Assembly (NCBI GenBank): GCA_039029535.1
Contig: JBCCFW010000003.1
Span: 10,073 to 74,072 of the forward strand
Source: Acidobacteriota bacterium
GTDB lineage: Bacteria; Acidobacteriota; JBCCFW01
Length of the DNA stretch: 64,000 nt
Reading direction: 5' to 3'
Position 1 is the first letter of the stretch. The number at the start of each line of letters is the position of its first letter. Of the stretch, positions 26,528 to 36,144 are shown one piece after another. Under the pieces are notes generated by a model. It saw only the letters and a list, made by a program, of their open reading frames with translations, did not search any database and had not been told where the DNA came from. The translations under genes and the position numbers were made by a program.

Positions 26528-27372
26528 GCGGTGCGGTCGCTGCCGCGCCGGGTGGCCTGCGTCATCACTGGCGGATCCTCCGGTCAGCGGTGGCCTACGA
26601 GTACAAGAAGGCCGCCGCCTTCAAGGCCGGCTTCATCGTGCGCGAGCTCATCCACGGGATCGAGCGACCGATCATCATGATCTTCGTCTACAAGGCGATC
26701 TTCGTGAGCTCGGGCGCCGCCGCCATCGGCACCTACGGCGAGGCCGACCTCATCGCCTACATGCTCCTCGGCGCCACGCTCTGGAAGCTCGTGTTCCCCG
26801 AACGCGGGCTCGACCTGGCCGAGCAGATCTTCGAGGGCTTCATCACGAAGTTCCTCATCATGCCCCTGCGCTTCTTTCTCATGATGCTCGGGCGCTTCGT
26901 TCAGTACAGCTCCCTGCAGCTCCTCATCGCCAGCACCTTTTGGCTCCTCGGTCTCCTCATCGCACCCGCCATCTGGCCGCGTCCGGTCAGCGCCGTGGCG
27001 GTGGCGCAGGCGCTGACCCTCGTGCTGCTCGGGAGCTACTGCTACTTCTTGCTCATCGTGGTCCTCAACACCATGGCCTTCTGGCTCGACGTGGTGTGGA
27101 CCCTGCTGGTCATGGTCCGCTTCATCGTCGGCTTCTGCGCGGGCCAACTTCTCCCGCTCGCCCTCATGCCCGGCTTCCTGAAGACGACCCTGCCCTGGTT
27201 CTTTCCCTACTGGATGCTCTGCGCCCCCGTGGAGATCCTCCTGGGCCGTCTGGGCGGGGCCGACTTCCAGCGGGGCCTGCTCACGCTCATCGCGTGGACC
27301 CTCGCCCTCCAGCTCCTGGCAGCGGCGACCTGGCGTCGCGGCCTGCGCCGCTACACGGGGGTCGGGCAGTGA
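26524..27372 (+). CDS. ABC-2 type permease (DUF990-like)
   Basis: GTG 26524 overlaps the ATPase stop (GTGA). Polytopic membrane protein. Only the C-terminal part of the 650-aa track ORF is credible. Confidence 0.7.
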   Translation: MSGAVAAAPGGLRHHWRILRSAVAYEYKKAAAFKAGFIVRELIHGIERPIIMIFVYKAIFVSSGAAAIGTYGEADLIAYMLLGATLWKLVFPERGLDLAEQIFEGFITKFLIMPLRFFLMMLGRFVQYSSLQLLIASTFWLLGLLIAPAIWPRPVSAVAVAQALTLVLLGSYCYFLLIVVLNTMAFWLDVVWTLLVMVRFIVGFCAGQLLPLALMPGFLKTTLPWFFPYWMLCAPVEILLGRLGGADFQRGLLTLIAWTLALQLLAAATWRRGLRRYTGVGQ

Positions 27373-28175
27373 GGGGCCTGCTGTCGACCGTCCGCCGCTA
27401 CCTGACCGTGGCGGGTCAGCTCGCCCGCATCGGCGTGCGACGCAAGTCGCAGTTTCGAGTGGAGTTCTTCAGTCAGGTCGTCATGGACTGCTTCTGGTAC
27501 ACGATCCACGTGACCGTGTTCGAGATCCTCCTGCTCCACGCCGACGACATCGCCGGCTGGCGTCACGAGGACATCCGCGTCTTCATCGGTTTCCTGTTCG
27601 TGTCCGACGCCTTCATGATGATGTGGCTCGGTCAGCAGTGGCGCTTCGGGCGCGACCTGAAGGACGGCAAGCTCGACCCCTTCCGCGTGCGACCGGTGGC
27701 GCCCTCCTTCCTCTACTTCTTCCAGCAGTTCAGCCTCGAGGCCGTCTTCAACATCATCGCCGCCGTCGGCTACCTCACCTACGGGCTCATTCGCGCCGAC
27801 CTGGAGTGGGGACCGGGGCGCTTCCTGCTCATCGCCTGGGCCATCGTGATCGCGTTCTGGGCGCGGACGGTGTTGACCATCCTGTTCTCCATCCTCGAGT
27901 TCCACTTGCTCAACTCGGACCTGGCCCGCAGCCTCGAGCACGCCTTCGGCGCCACCGCCGACCGACCGCTGGACATCTTCGCCAGACGGGTCAAGCTGTT
28001 CCTGCTCCATGCCGTGCCCATGGGCTTCCTCAGCCACTGGCCGGCAGCCCTCGTCCTCGGACGACGCGAGCCCTGGCTCGCACTCCTCGACACGACCTGG
28101 ATGCTGCTCTTCGGCGTCCTGACCTTCCAGGCCTGGAAGCTGAGCTTCCGGCGTTATGAATCGGCGATGGGATGA
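27369..28175 (+). CDS. ABC-2 type permease (DUF990-like), second subunit
   Basis: GTG 27369 overlaps the upstream stop (GTGA). Polytopic. Carries a RRKSQFRVEFFSQVVMD-type N-terminus typical of this permease pair. Confidence 0.7.
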   Translation: MRGLLSTVRRYLTVAGQLARIGVRRKSQFRVEFFSQVVMDCFWYTIHVTVFEILLLHADDIAGWRHEDIRVFIGFLFVSDAFMMMWLGQQWRFGRDLKDGKLDPFRVRPVAPSFLYFFQQFSLEAVFNIIAAVGYLTYGLIRADLEWGPGRFLLIAWAIVIAFWARTVLTILFSILEFHLLNSDLARSLEHAFGATADRPLDIFARRVKLFLLHAVPMGFLSHWPAALVLGRREPWLALLDTTWMLLFGVLTFQAWKLSFRRYESAMG

Positions 28176-30466
28176 CGGCAACTCGCAAGCTCCTCGGAAC
28201 CCATTGGCCTCACCTGGTCGTGGTCGTCTTCGTTCTCCTCAGCCAGGCGAAGGTGCTCTTCACCGACCACACCTACTTCTACCGCGACGTCGGTCGGGCC
28301 GCGCTGCCGGTCATCGAGGAGGCCCGCCAAGGGGCCGACGGCAGCACCGACCTCTTCCCCGGCTGGACGCATCACCTCTCCCACGGACGACCGCTCCTCG
28401 CCAACCCGGGCTACGCCTGGTTCCACCCAGCCAACCTGGTCTACCTGGTGCTGCCGACCGAGCACGCCTTCGACCTGTTCATGGTCTTGCTGATGATCCT
28501 CGCGGGCGTGTCGATGACCGCGCTCGCCCGCAGTCTCGGTTGCTCGCCTCCCTCAGCGCTCGTCGCGGGCCTCGCCTTCTTGCTCGGGGGCTACGTCGTC
28601 TCGGCGACCAACCTCCTCCCCACCCTGGCCGGCGTCGCCTCCGCCCCCCTCACCCTCCTGGCCGCGCTGCGGCTCGGCGATCGCGGTCCGAGCTGGCGAC
28701 GCTGCGCGGCCCTGGCCCTGGCCCTCGCTCTCCAGGCGGTCGGCGGTCAGCCCGAGCCCTTGCTGCTCACTGCCGCCCTCGGCTTCGCGTGGTCGCTCTG
28801 GCGCGCTGACGGCGCACGTCGTCTCCACGTCCTGCTCTGCTGGATCGGATCGGGTGCCTGGGCCCTGGCGCTGGCCGCACCACAGGTCCTGCCGGCGACG
28901 GTGCTGGCCGGACGCTCGCTCCGGTCACTGGGCTTCACCACCGAGGGCTTGCTCTACAACAGCCTGCACCCGGGTCGGCTCGCCTGGATGGCCTGGCCCG
29001 GGCTCGGCGGTCATCCCATGCACGTGCTCGGCAACGGCTTCCCCGGCGCCGAGCTCACCGACACGGGCACGCCGTACTTCATCTCCCTCTACCTCGGCTT
29101 CAGTTGCCTCGTGCTCGGGCTGTTCGCCCTCGTGCGGGGCGACCGCCTGGGCGAGGCCGTGCGCGGACGCTGGCTGCTCGTCGGCGCCTCGGTGCTCGCC
29201 GTGCTGCTCATGCTTGGCTCGCACTTGCCCGGCCTGCCGGCGCTGGTCGAGGCCGTGCCCCTCCTCATGCCCTTCCGCTACCCGGTGAAGTTCTTCCTGG
29301 TGCCGGCCCTCGTCGTTCCCATCCTGGCGGGCTGGGGACTGGAGACGATCCGCCGGCTGCAGCCGAAGATCGCCTGGCTACCCGTTCTCGCCGTGGTCGC
29401 GGTGCTCGTCGACTTCATCTCGTCTCACGTCTTCCACGTGCCGTCGACCTCACGCCGCGACGACTGGTCCACGCCGCGCATCAAGACCGTCATGGAAGAG
29501 GACGCCGCCGAGACCGGCCTGAAGAACTGGGACTGGCGTGTTCATCACCACCGCGACGGCAGCAACTGGGCCCCCCGCGTCCCGTTCTACATGCTCGAAG
29601 AGAGCGACCGCCACCTGCTCGAACGCCGAATGCTCATGCCCGCCACCGCGGCTCAGGCCGATCTCCGTCACGCCTTCGAGCGGACGGGTGACCTCCTCGA
29701 CTTCGTCGACTACTTCACGCTCGCCCGCGCCCTGCTCACCGAGGAGGCGCCGGTCGTCGCACGGGCGCTCGGCGACAGCGGCGTCCGCTACGTCATCAGC
29801 CCCCGCGACGACCTCGAAGAGCCGAGCCAGGGCGGCCTGCGTCGCATCCACATCCTCGGTGGCACCGTGGGACTGGCCAATCGAACCGGCTACCTGCACC
29901 GGGTCGAGACCTTCCGCCCGCGCGTCCGTCTCGTCGGCGGCTGGGAGCGCGGCGACGTGAAGGCCGTCGTGGATCGCTATCGCGGACTGCTCCCCGCCCG
30001 TCAGTCGATCGTGCTGTCCGACGAGGAGGAGGATCGAGACGACCTCCCGGGCTTCACCAGCCACGACCTCCCCTGCGGCAACGCCACCATCGTCTCGGAG
30101 GAGCATGACTCGCTGGTCGTCGAGCTGGTCGCCGAGCGCCCCTGCCTGCTCTTCGTCACCGACACCCACGCCCCCGGTTGGAGCGCGACCCTCGACGACG
30201 AGCCGGTGCCCTTGCTCCGCGCGAACCACGCCTTCCGTGCGGTGGTGGTACCGACGCCGGGTCCCCATGTCGTGAAGATGAGCTACCGCACGCCGGGCCT
30301 GTGGCAAGGAGCGACCGCCTCGTTGATCGGCTTGCTCTTGGTCGGCTTCGCAGCCTGGCGCGGACGGGACGAGGCGGCCGCGGAGGACTCGCCGTCAGCT
30401 CTCGCGGATGCCGACCCAGCAGCCGTCGCCGATGGGCATGATGATGCCGTGGAGACGGGGCTCTGA
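28172..30466 (+). CDS. large polytopic membrane protein, YfhO/GT-C-like
   Basis: The ATG overlaps the permease stop (ATGA). About 450 aa of TM helices precede a soluble C-terminal domain of about 300 aa. The family assignment is tentative. Confidence 0.5.
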   Translation: MTATRKLLGTHWPHLVVVVFVLLSQAKVLFTDHTYFYRDVGRAALPVIEEARQGADGSTDLFPGWTHHLSHGRPLLANPGYAWFHPANLVYLVLPTEHAFDLFMVLLMILAGVSMTALARSLGCSPPSALVAGLAFLLGGYVVSATNLLPTLAGVASAPLTLLAALRLGDRGPSWRRCAALALALALQAVGGQPEPLLLTAALGFAWSLWRADGARRLHVLLCWIGSGAWALALAAPQVLPATVLAGRSLRSLGFTTEGLLYNSLHPGRLAWMAWPGLGGHPMHVLGNGFPGAELTDTGTPYFISLYLGFSCLVLGLFALVRGDRLGEAVRGRWLLVGASVLAVLLMLGSHLPGLPALVEAVPLLMPFRYPVKFFLVPALVVPILAGWGLETIRRLQPKIAWLPVLAVVAVLVDFISSHVFHVPSTSRRDDWSTPRIKTVMEEDAAETGLKNWDWRVHHHRDGSNWAPRVPFYMLEESDRHLLERRMLMPATAAQADLRHAFERTGDLLDFVDYFTLARALLTEEAPVVARALGDSGVRYVISPRDDLEEPSQGGLRRIHILGGTVGLANRTGYLHRVETFRPRVRLVGGWERGDVKAVVDRYRGLLPARQSIVLSDEEEDRDDLPGFTSHDLPCGNATIVSEEHDSLVVELVAERPCLLFVTDTHAPGWSATLDDEPVPLLRANHAFRAVVVPTPGPHVVKMSYRTPGLWQGATASLIGLLLVGFAAWRGRDEAAAEDSPSALADADPAAVADGHDDAVETGL

Positions 30467-31048
30467 AGCGACGCGATCGTTGAAGTCGCGGATGGCCTGC
30501 ACGCTCTCGTCGGTCGAACTCTCGTCGAGCAGCCGGCCGAAGGCGAAGGCGTTGTCGCAGAGGATGAGCCCACCGACCCGCACGATGCGGAGGGCCTCGC
30601 CGAGGTAGTCGCCGTAGCCGGCCTTGTCGGCGTCGATGAAGGCAGCGTCGGCCGAGTCGGGTTCGAGGGTCCTCATCACGTCACTCCCCGAGCCGCGGTG
30701 GACGACGACCTTGCCGGCCACGTCGGACTTCGCCACCCACTTCTCGGCGAAGTCGGCGTGCTTGGGCTCGAGCTCGATCGTGTCGACCCGCCCGTCGTCG
30801 GGCAGGGCCCGCGCCATGGTGATCGCGGAGTAGCCGGCCAAGGTGCCGACCTCGACGACCCGCCGAACCTTGGCCAGCTTCAGGATGACCTGGAGGAAGC
30901 TACCCTGCTCGGGCGAGATCCAGATCGGCGGGATGCCCTCGGCCTCGGCGTTCGTCTTGAGGTCGCGGAGGAAGTCGTCCTCGTCCCGGGTGCGGGCGGC
31001 GAGGTAGTCGAAGAGCTCGGGGCCGACAGTCGTGGAGGAGGCGGACAT
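30395..31048 (-). CDS. class I SAM-dependent O-methyltransferase (caffeoyl-CoA OMT-like)
   Basis: VVEVGTLAGYSAI SAM motif, FIDADKAGY and LILCDN. Start at MSASSTTVGPELFDY (31046-31048). Confidence 0.85.
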   Translation of the reverse strand: MSASSTTVGPELFDYLAARTRDEDDFLRDLKTNAEAEGIPPIWISPEQGSFLQVILKLAKVRRVVEVGTLAGYSAITMARALPDDGRVDTIELEPKHADFAEKWVAKSDVAGKVVVHRGSGSDVMRTLEPDSADAAFIDADKAGYGDYLGEALRIVRVGGLILCDNAFAFGRLLDESSTDESVQAIRDFNDRVASEPRLHGIIMPIGDGCWVGIRES

Positions 31049-31119
31049 GGCGCAGGTCTCGGCAGGGACGAGGAGTCGTCGGCAGAGAGGGTAACGGCCT
31101 CGCGAGCTTTCGGGTGTCG

Positions 31120-31347
31120 CTAACGACCGAAGCGGAGCAAGCGCGCCAGGCAAGACCACAGCGCGTCGCCGTACACGCGGGCGAGAACGGCCAGGAGGAG
31201 TGACAGCCCGACCGTCACGCCCACGCCCAGGCCGGGCTGAGTCGTCAGGCTCTCCATCATCACGCTCAGGCCGAGGAGGGCCCCGAGCCCAGCCCCACAC
31301 CCTGCGTGCATCAGCCCTGCCGCGCGATCCGGTGGTTGGTCGTTCAT
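31120..31347 (-). CDS. small hypothetical membrane protein
   Basis: 75 aa from MNDQPPD with two Gly-rich hydrophobic segments. Lies 7 nt after the upstream gene's stop. Confidence 0.35.
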   Translation of the reverse strand: MNDQPPDRAAGLMHAGCGAGLGALLGLSVMMESLTTQPGLGVGVTVGLSLLLAVLARVYGDALWSCLARLLRFGR

Positions 31348-31354
31348 CGGCGAG

Positions 31355-31852
31355 TCAGTGCTCCCCGACCGGGAGGACGTCAGCCAGGTAAGCCGCCGGG
31401 TCGGGCTTCTCGGTGAGCATGGTCTCCACCCAGGCCCGATGCTCGTGTGCGACGACGACGTGTTCCCAGACACAGGCTTGGAATGGTCGCGTGCTGGTCT
31501 CGAAGACCGGAGCCGGCCCCACCGGCGCGTGGACCAGCACCTGGCAGCAGATCTCCGCGTGAGCCCACCAGTCCATGAGCAACCAGAGCGCGTCCTGGCC
31601 CTCGTGGAGAACCGCAAAGCCGAGCCCGTGATGGTCACCCTCTTCCTCGACGTGACGCGGGAGCTGCTCCTGCAGGCAGGCCGTCGCGACATCGAGGACG
31701 CTCGGGCTCACCGGCTCGGGAGCCGTGCGGATGGTCGTGAGCTTGACGCGCAGCGGGCCGCAGTCGATCACGCCAGCGAAGCGGAAGTGCCGCGCACGGT
31801 AAGGCGTCAGGGACGAGGAGGCACCGGGTGGGAAGAGCGTCGAGTCGGTCAT
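31355..31852 (-). CDS. hypothetical protein
   Basis: 165 aa with protein-like composition (W/H/C-containing). No family recognised. Confidence 0.5.
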   Translation of the reverse strand: MTDSTLFPPGASSSLTPYRARHFRFAGVIDCGPLRVKLTTIRTAPEPVSPSVLDVATACLQEQLPRHVEEEGDHHGLGFAVLHEGQDALWLLMDWWAHAEICCQVLVHAPVGPAPVFETSTRPFQACVWEHVVVAHEHRAWVETMLTEKPDPAAYLADVLPVGEH

Positions 31853-31865
31853 CGTCGGATCTCGC

Positions 31866-32369
31866 GTGCAGTCTGGGGTCGAGCACTCGTTGGCATCGTT
31901 CGACCACGGATGCGATCATGGCATCGTGAACGACACCGAGCACGAGACCCACTTGGTCGACCGCCCGCCGACGGTCGACGAGTACCGACGGCTGATCGCC
32001 GCGGTGGGCTGGAAGCCACGAGAAACCGCCGCGATCGAGCGAGGTCTGGCGGGCTCGTGCTTCGCGACCTGCGCCGAGCAGGGAGGCGTGGTCATCGGGA
32101 TGGGCCGGGTCATCGGTGACGGCGGGCTGCACTACTACCTGTCGGACGTCGTCGTGGAGCCGGCCTGCCAGGGCCGCGGCATCGGCACTCTCATCGTCGA
32201 GCGCTTGAATCGCTGGCTGGAGTCACTCCCCCACGACAACACTCACGTGGGGGTGATCGCGGTGGCCGGGAGTCGCGCCTTCTACGAGCGGCTGGGATTC
32301 GTGGCGCAGTCGTCGGAGGGACCGGCGATGGGACGATGGGTGAACGAAGAGGCGCCGAAGGTCCGATAG
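31866..32369 (+). CDS. GNAT family N-acetyltransferase
   Basis: VVVEPACQGRGIGTLIVERL acetyl-CoA binding motif and AFYERLGF. Confidence 0.75.
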   Translation: MQSGVEHSLASFDHGCDHGIVNDTEHETHLVDRPPTVDEYRRLIAAVGWKPRETAAIERGLAGSCFATCAEQGGVVIGMGRVIGDGGLHYYLSDVVVEPACQGRGIGTLIVERLNRWLESLPHDNTHVGVIAVAGSRAFYERLGFVAQSSEGPAMGRWVNEEAPKVR

Positions 32370-32902
32370 GGCTGCCGCTGCACTCGCTCACGCGGAAGGC
32401 TCGCGACGAACCTGCCGTAGAGGCAATCTGAGTCGAAGCGACTGGCCTCGAGCTTCACGGACGTCCCGGCGTGAGCGAGCAGGACGCCCCTGTACACCAC
32501 CGTGACGCTGGTTCTGGCGATCGGGAAGACCTGCTCGATCGTGGAGTAGCTCGAGACCGGCACGACGACGGCCGACTCCGTGACACGAACCCGACGCGAT
32601 GAGCTCCGCCCGAGGAAGTAGGCATGGAGCTCCACCAAGAACGGGCTCGCCACGACGAGTCCCATGAAGCTGAACGCGACTCGAAAGGACGACGCCGGAG
32701 CGACGTGCGCCCATCCATCGGAGAACCCAGGCAGGTTCTCCAACCACACGAACACGGCCCGGACCGACTCTGCGCCGAAGGCCCCCACCAACACGAGCGC
32801 CACTCCGACGAGGAGCAAGAGTGAGCACTGCACGAGCAGCTCGAGCCTGAGACTGCCGTAGGGGCACTCGAAGACGACCTTGTCCGGACGAGGCTGACTC
32901 AC
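32282..32902 (-). CDS. hypothetical membrane protein
   Basis: Two TM segments followed by a beta-rich domain. The 3' end overlaps the convergent GNAT gene by about 88 nt, so the C-terminal tail is doubtful. Confidence 0.35.
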   Translation of the reverse strand: MSQPRPDKVVFECPYGSLRLELLVQCSLLLLVGVALVLVGAFGAESVRAVFVWLENLPGFSDGWAHVAPASSFRVAFSFMGLVVASPFLVELHAYFLGRSSSRRVRVTESAVVVPVSSYSTIEQVFPIARTSVTVVYRGVLLAHAGTSVKLEASRFDSDCLYGRFVASLPRERVQRQPYRTFGASSFTHRPIAGPSDDCATNPSRS

Positions 32903-33024
32903 GACACCTCCTTGCCGGCGTCTCTCACGTCAGCCCGGAGAGTCCCGGCTCCGAGGCTACGCCGACAGGGCACTCGAGTTTCCCACGTCGACTCGAACTT
33001 CGGGAGCCAGGCCCCTGACACCCT

Positions 33025-33056
33025 CCGCCCACCCAGCCACGTGGCGAGGTGGGCGG
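33025..33056 (-). terminator. GC-rich hairpin downstream of the collagen-like gene
   Basis: ccgcccacc (33025-33033) pairs with ggtgggcgg (33048-33056), and there is an inner palindrome gccacgtggc. It sits 20-50 nt past the stop at 33076. There is no U-tract. Confidence 0.35.
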
Positions 33057-33075
33057 ATGTCGGCACGAGCCGGCA

Positions 33076-35187
33076 TCAACGTGAGATGCAGCTCGCACTG
33101 CAAGACGACAAGGCCTCGTTGGCGTTGGTTCGGAGCTGAAGCTGCCAGGTCCCAGCCGAATTCACGATCTCGCACTGAGTCGTGTCGTCCTCGTCGTTGT
33201 CGTCGCCGATCCGGACTCGGGTCAAGAAGCAGAACGACTGCTCGATGTCGGGCGGGTCGGAGACCGGGACCAGGTTGATGAAGGCGAGATCACCGAAGTT
33301 CTCGGTCTGTGCCGATACCGAGAACGGACCAAAGAAGGTCCAGGCCCCGAAGGTCTGCGCGGACCGGGCCTCGACGTTGCCGTCCGCATCGACGGTCAGG
33401 ACCTGCTCGTTCGTGTCGTCCTGCGGCACGGAGTCGATGCGAACCTCGCCACCGACGTGCAGCGTCGCCTGAGGGATCTGCTCACCGATGCCGAGTCGAC
33501 CATTCGTGTCGAAGCGAGCGACCTCCACGTCGTTGGTCCGCACCCGAAGGGGCTGAGCATCCGTCGTTCCCAGGAAGGCACCCGCCTCACCGGCCGTCGC
33601 GTTGCCGGCGCGGCCCCAGGCGTCCTCGCTCCCGTCGGCACCGGCCGGGCCCGTGGGACCGGGGATCCCCATGGGCCCCAGGGGTCCGATGGGACCGGTC
33701 GGACCTTCGGGCCCCGTGGGACCGGCAGGCCCTTGTGGACCAGCGGGACCCGTCGCGCCGTCAGCACCGTCGGCACCGGCAGGGCCCTGCGGACCGGCAG
33801 GACCGGTCGCGCCATCGGCACCGGCCGCACCAGCAGGGCCTTGCGGACCGGCGGGACCCGTCGCTCCGTCAGCACCGGCAGGGCCGGCGGGGCCCATCGG
33901 ACCGGCCGGACCCATTGCGCCATTAGTGCCGGCGGCACCAGCCGGGCCTTGTGGACCGGCCGGACCCATCGCACCGTCAGCACCGGCGGGACCCTGTGGG
34001 CCAGCCGGACCCACGGCACCTTCAGCACCGGCAGGGCCAGTAGGACCCTGCGGACCGGCAGGCCCCATCGCGCCATCAGCACCGACCGCACCAGCAGGGC
34101 CAGCGGGACCCTCCGGACCCGTCGCACCAGCAGGACCCTGCGGACCAGCCGGGCCCGTCGCGCCGTCAGCACCGGCCGCACCAGTAGGACCCTGCGGACC
34201 GGCAGGACCCGTCGCGCCATCGGCACCGGCCACACCAGCAGGACCCTGCGGACCGGCAGGACCCGTCGCACCATCGGCACCGGCCGCACCAGCAGGGCCT
34301 TGCGGACCGGCGGGACCCGGCGCGCCGTCGGCACCGGCCGCGCCGGCAGGACCTTGCGGACCGGCAGGACCCGGCGCGCCGTCGGCACCGGCCGCGCCGG
34401 CAGGACCTTGCGGACCGGCAGGACCCGTCGCGCCGTCAGCACCAGCCGCACCAGCAGGCCCCTGAGGACCGGCAGGACCCGTCGCGCCATCAGCACCAGC
34501 CGCACCAGCAGGACCCTGCGGACCGGCAGGACCCGTCGCGCCGTCAGCACCAGCCGCACCAGCAGGCCCCTGAGGACCCGCCGGGCCTTCCGGTCCGGCA
34601 GGGCCAACCGGGCCCGCGGGACAGTCACACGAGACACAGCTCAGGTCGGTGACGGCTGCGCTGTCACCGAGCTCGATCTCGAGCGTCGTCACGCCGCTCA
34701 CCCCCAGCGGCAGCACCTGCCAGCTGTTCTCGCCCTTGGCGGGGATCGGAGCGAGGAGGATGAGCTCGTCCAGGTCGTCGTAACCCCGCACCTCACCCTC
34801 GACCTCCACGTCGAGGAGACCGATCGAGTCGATGTCCGAAGGCCCGTCGAAGACGAAGGTCATGACACCACCGGACTCGCTGTCGTCGGGAGTGCAGGGG
34901 CTCGCTGCATCCTGCAGCACGAGGACGAGCCCCTGAGCGAGCACGTTGCCGTCACCGGCACCCGGCGTGGCGAGGTCCGCATCGCCACAGGTGGGAATGC
35001 CAGTGTCGAAGGCACGCACCTGAAGAGCGCCACCAGAGATGGTCACGCCAGCGAGCTGACCAGCGACGACTTCATCGGCAAGGAGTTCTTCGAAGCCCAG
35101 CGTCACGCAGTCCTGCGCGTGAAGACGTGAGGCACCGACGAAGAGACAGAGCGAGATCAACGAGATCAAGACGGCGAGGCGGGACAT
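33076..35187 (-). CDS. secreted collagen-like triple-helix repeat protein with a tail-fibre-like C-terminal domain
   Basis: Signal peptide [24 protein letters not shown] and an N-terminal domain of about 185 aa. About 340 aa of uninterrupted G-X-Y follow, then [41 protein letters not shown]. Confidence 0.85.
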   Translation of the reverse strand: MSRLAVLISLISLCLFVGASRLHAQDCVTLGFEELLADEVVAGQLAGVTISGGALQVRAFDTGIPTCGDADLATPGAGDGNVLAQGLVLVLQDAASPCTPDDSESGGVMTFVFDGPSDIDSIGLLDVEVEGEVRGYDDLDELILLAPIPAKGENSWQVLPLGVSGVTTLEIELGDSAAVTDLSCVSCDCPAGPVGPAGPEGPAGPQGPAGAAGADGATGPAGPQGPAGAAGADGATGPAGPQGPAGAAGADGATGPAGPQGPAGAAGADGAPGPAGPQGPAGAAGADGAPGPAGPQGPAGAAGADGATGPAGPQGPAGVAGADGATGPAGPQGPTGAAGADGATGPAGPQGPAGATGPEGPAGPAGAVGADGAMGPAGPQGPTGPAGAEGAVGPAGPQGPAGADGAMGPAGPQGPAGAAGTNGAMGPAGPMGPAGPAGADGATGPAGPQGPAGAAGADGATGPAGPQGPAGADGADGATGPAGPQGPAGPTGPEGPTGPIGPLGPMGIPGPTGPAGADGSEDAWGRAGNATAGEAGAFLGTTDAQPLRVRTNDVEVARFDTNGRLGIGEQIPQATLHVGGEVRIDSVPQDDTNEQVLTVDADGNVEARSAQTFGAWTFFGPFSVSAQTENFGDLAFINLVPVSDPPDIEQSFCFLTRVRIGDDNDEDDTTQCEIVNSAGTWQLQLRTNANEALSSCSASCISR
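33633..34625 (-). repeat. 54-bp-periodic tandem repeat encoding ([18 protein letters not shown])n
   Basis: Near-identical 54-nt units are visible in the DNA. They generate long ORFs in all six frames (track ORFs 33396-34637, 33457-35130, 33602-34465 and others). Confidence 0.9.
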
Positions 35188-35607
35188 GAAGACACCTCCG
35201 AGGCAAGGCCTCAGGGAGCAGACGGATGCGTCGGATCACCAACGTGTCCGACGAGGGTCCGTCCGAAGTCGTGACTGGATGAGCTCGACTCATCGATGAC
35301 GACGAGCCGCTGCGACACGAGCACGCGAGCTTTCGTGCATGGAGAAGACGACCGCCTCGTCCATCACGAAAAACGCGTGTCACCTATTGAAGTGACGAGA
35401 CCCTACTCCGGCGTCGGGTCGCCTCCTAGAGGGAGGCGTTCACCATGCGGTACGGACCCTGAAGCCGCCTCTCCTACGCGAATGCAGACAACCGAGGGTT
35501 GAAAGCACTCCCTCACTCAGCTCGGAAGACGCGCCACCACCTCACCGTTCTCATCGAGAAACTCGAGTCGAGCGTCGGCTTCCTCGCCTCGTGCCGAGCG
35601 GTGAGTC

Positions 35608-36123
35608 TCAATCCCAAGACGTCTCGACCAGCTCAGCCGCGTTCCCGCTCACCGACCGGTGATAGCGCGAGAGATGAGGCGAGAGCGTGCTCAACACGAG
35701 CCCGGCCGCCTCGGCAGCGCGCCCCTGGGCAACCCACGTCAATGCAAGGAACGCACGTGCCTCGTCGTGAAGCTGTCTCGGTCCCTCACTGCTGACGTGT
35801 CGGTCGAGCAGGGCGACGAGAAGGCGCTCGCTCTCCTCCAGCTTGCCGAGGATGCGAAGAGTGCTGGCGAGCTGGATCGTCGCGCGAGCGCGACGGTAGC
35901 CGTCCAGCTCCTCGGAGGCGAGAGCCTGCCGGTAGAGCACCTCGGCCTCGCTCTCGAGACCGACGAAATCCCGGGCTGACGCCCGTTCGAAGGCGGCCGC
36001 GGGGTCGTCGTCGGAGCGCTCGGCCGCCAGCGCGTCGATGCGCTCGAGGACCTCGGCCTCGGGGAGTGAAGCAGCTTCGTCCCAGGTCGCGGTCACGCGG
36101 GCGTTCCAGTCCTCTGCCGTCAT
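35608..36123 (-). CDS. tetratricopeptide-repeat (TPR-like) protein
   Basis: 171 aa of helical repeats (EAEVLYRQALA..., ATIQLASTLRILGKLEESERLL, FLALTWVAQGRAAEA). Confidence 0.55.
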   Translation of the reverse strand: MTAEDWNARVTATWDEAASLPEAEVLERIDALAAERSDDDPAAAFERASARDFVGLESEAEVLYRQALASEELDGYRRARATIQLASTLRILGKLEESERLLVALLDRHVSSEGPRQLHDEARAFLALTWVAQGRAAEAAGLVLSTLSPHLSRYHRSVSGNAAELVETSWD

Positions 36124-36144
36124 CGTCTCAACCCCCTCATCGAA

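Noticed and set aside
25295-27372. Long ORFs 25295-26341 (minus) and 25420-27372 (plus, 650 aa).
   Set aside because: The first is antisense to the ABC ATPase. In the second, the first ~370 aa are an Arg/Pro-rich out-of-frame read of the ATPase gene, and only the part from GTG 26524 is a believable permease.
33396-35130. Multiple 200-550-aa ORFs in other frames and on the plus strand across the collagen repeat (for example 33457-35130, 33396-34637, 33602-34465, 33309-33926).
   Set aside because: They are produced by the 54-nt periodic GC-rich repeat, which lacks stops in every frame. Only the G-X-Y frame has a signal peptide and flanking globular domains.
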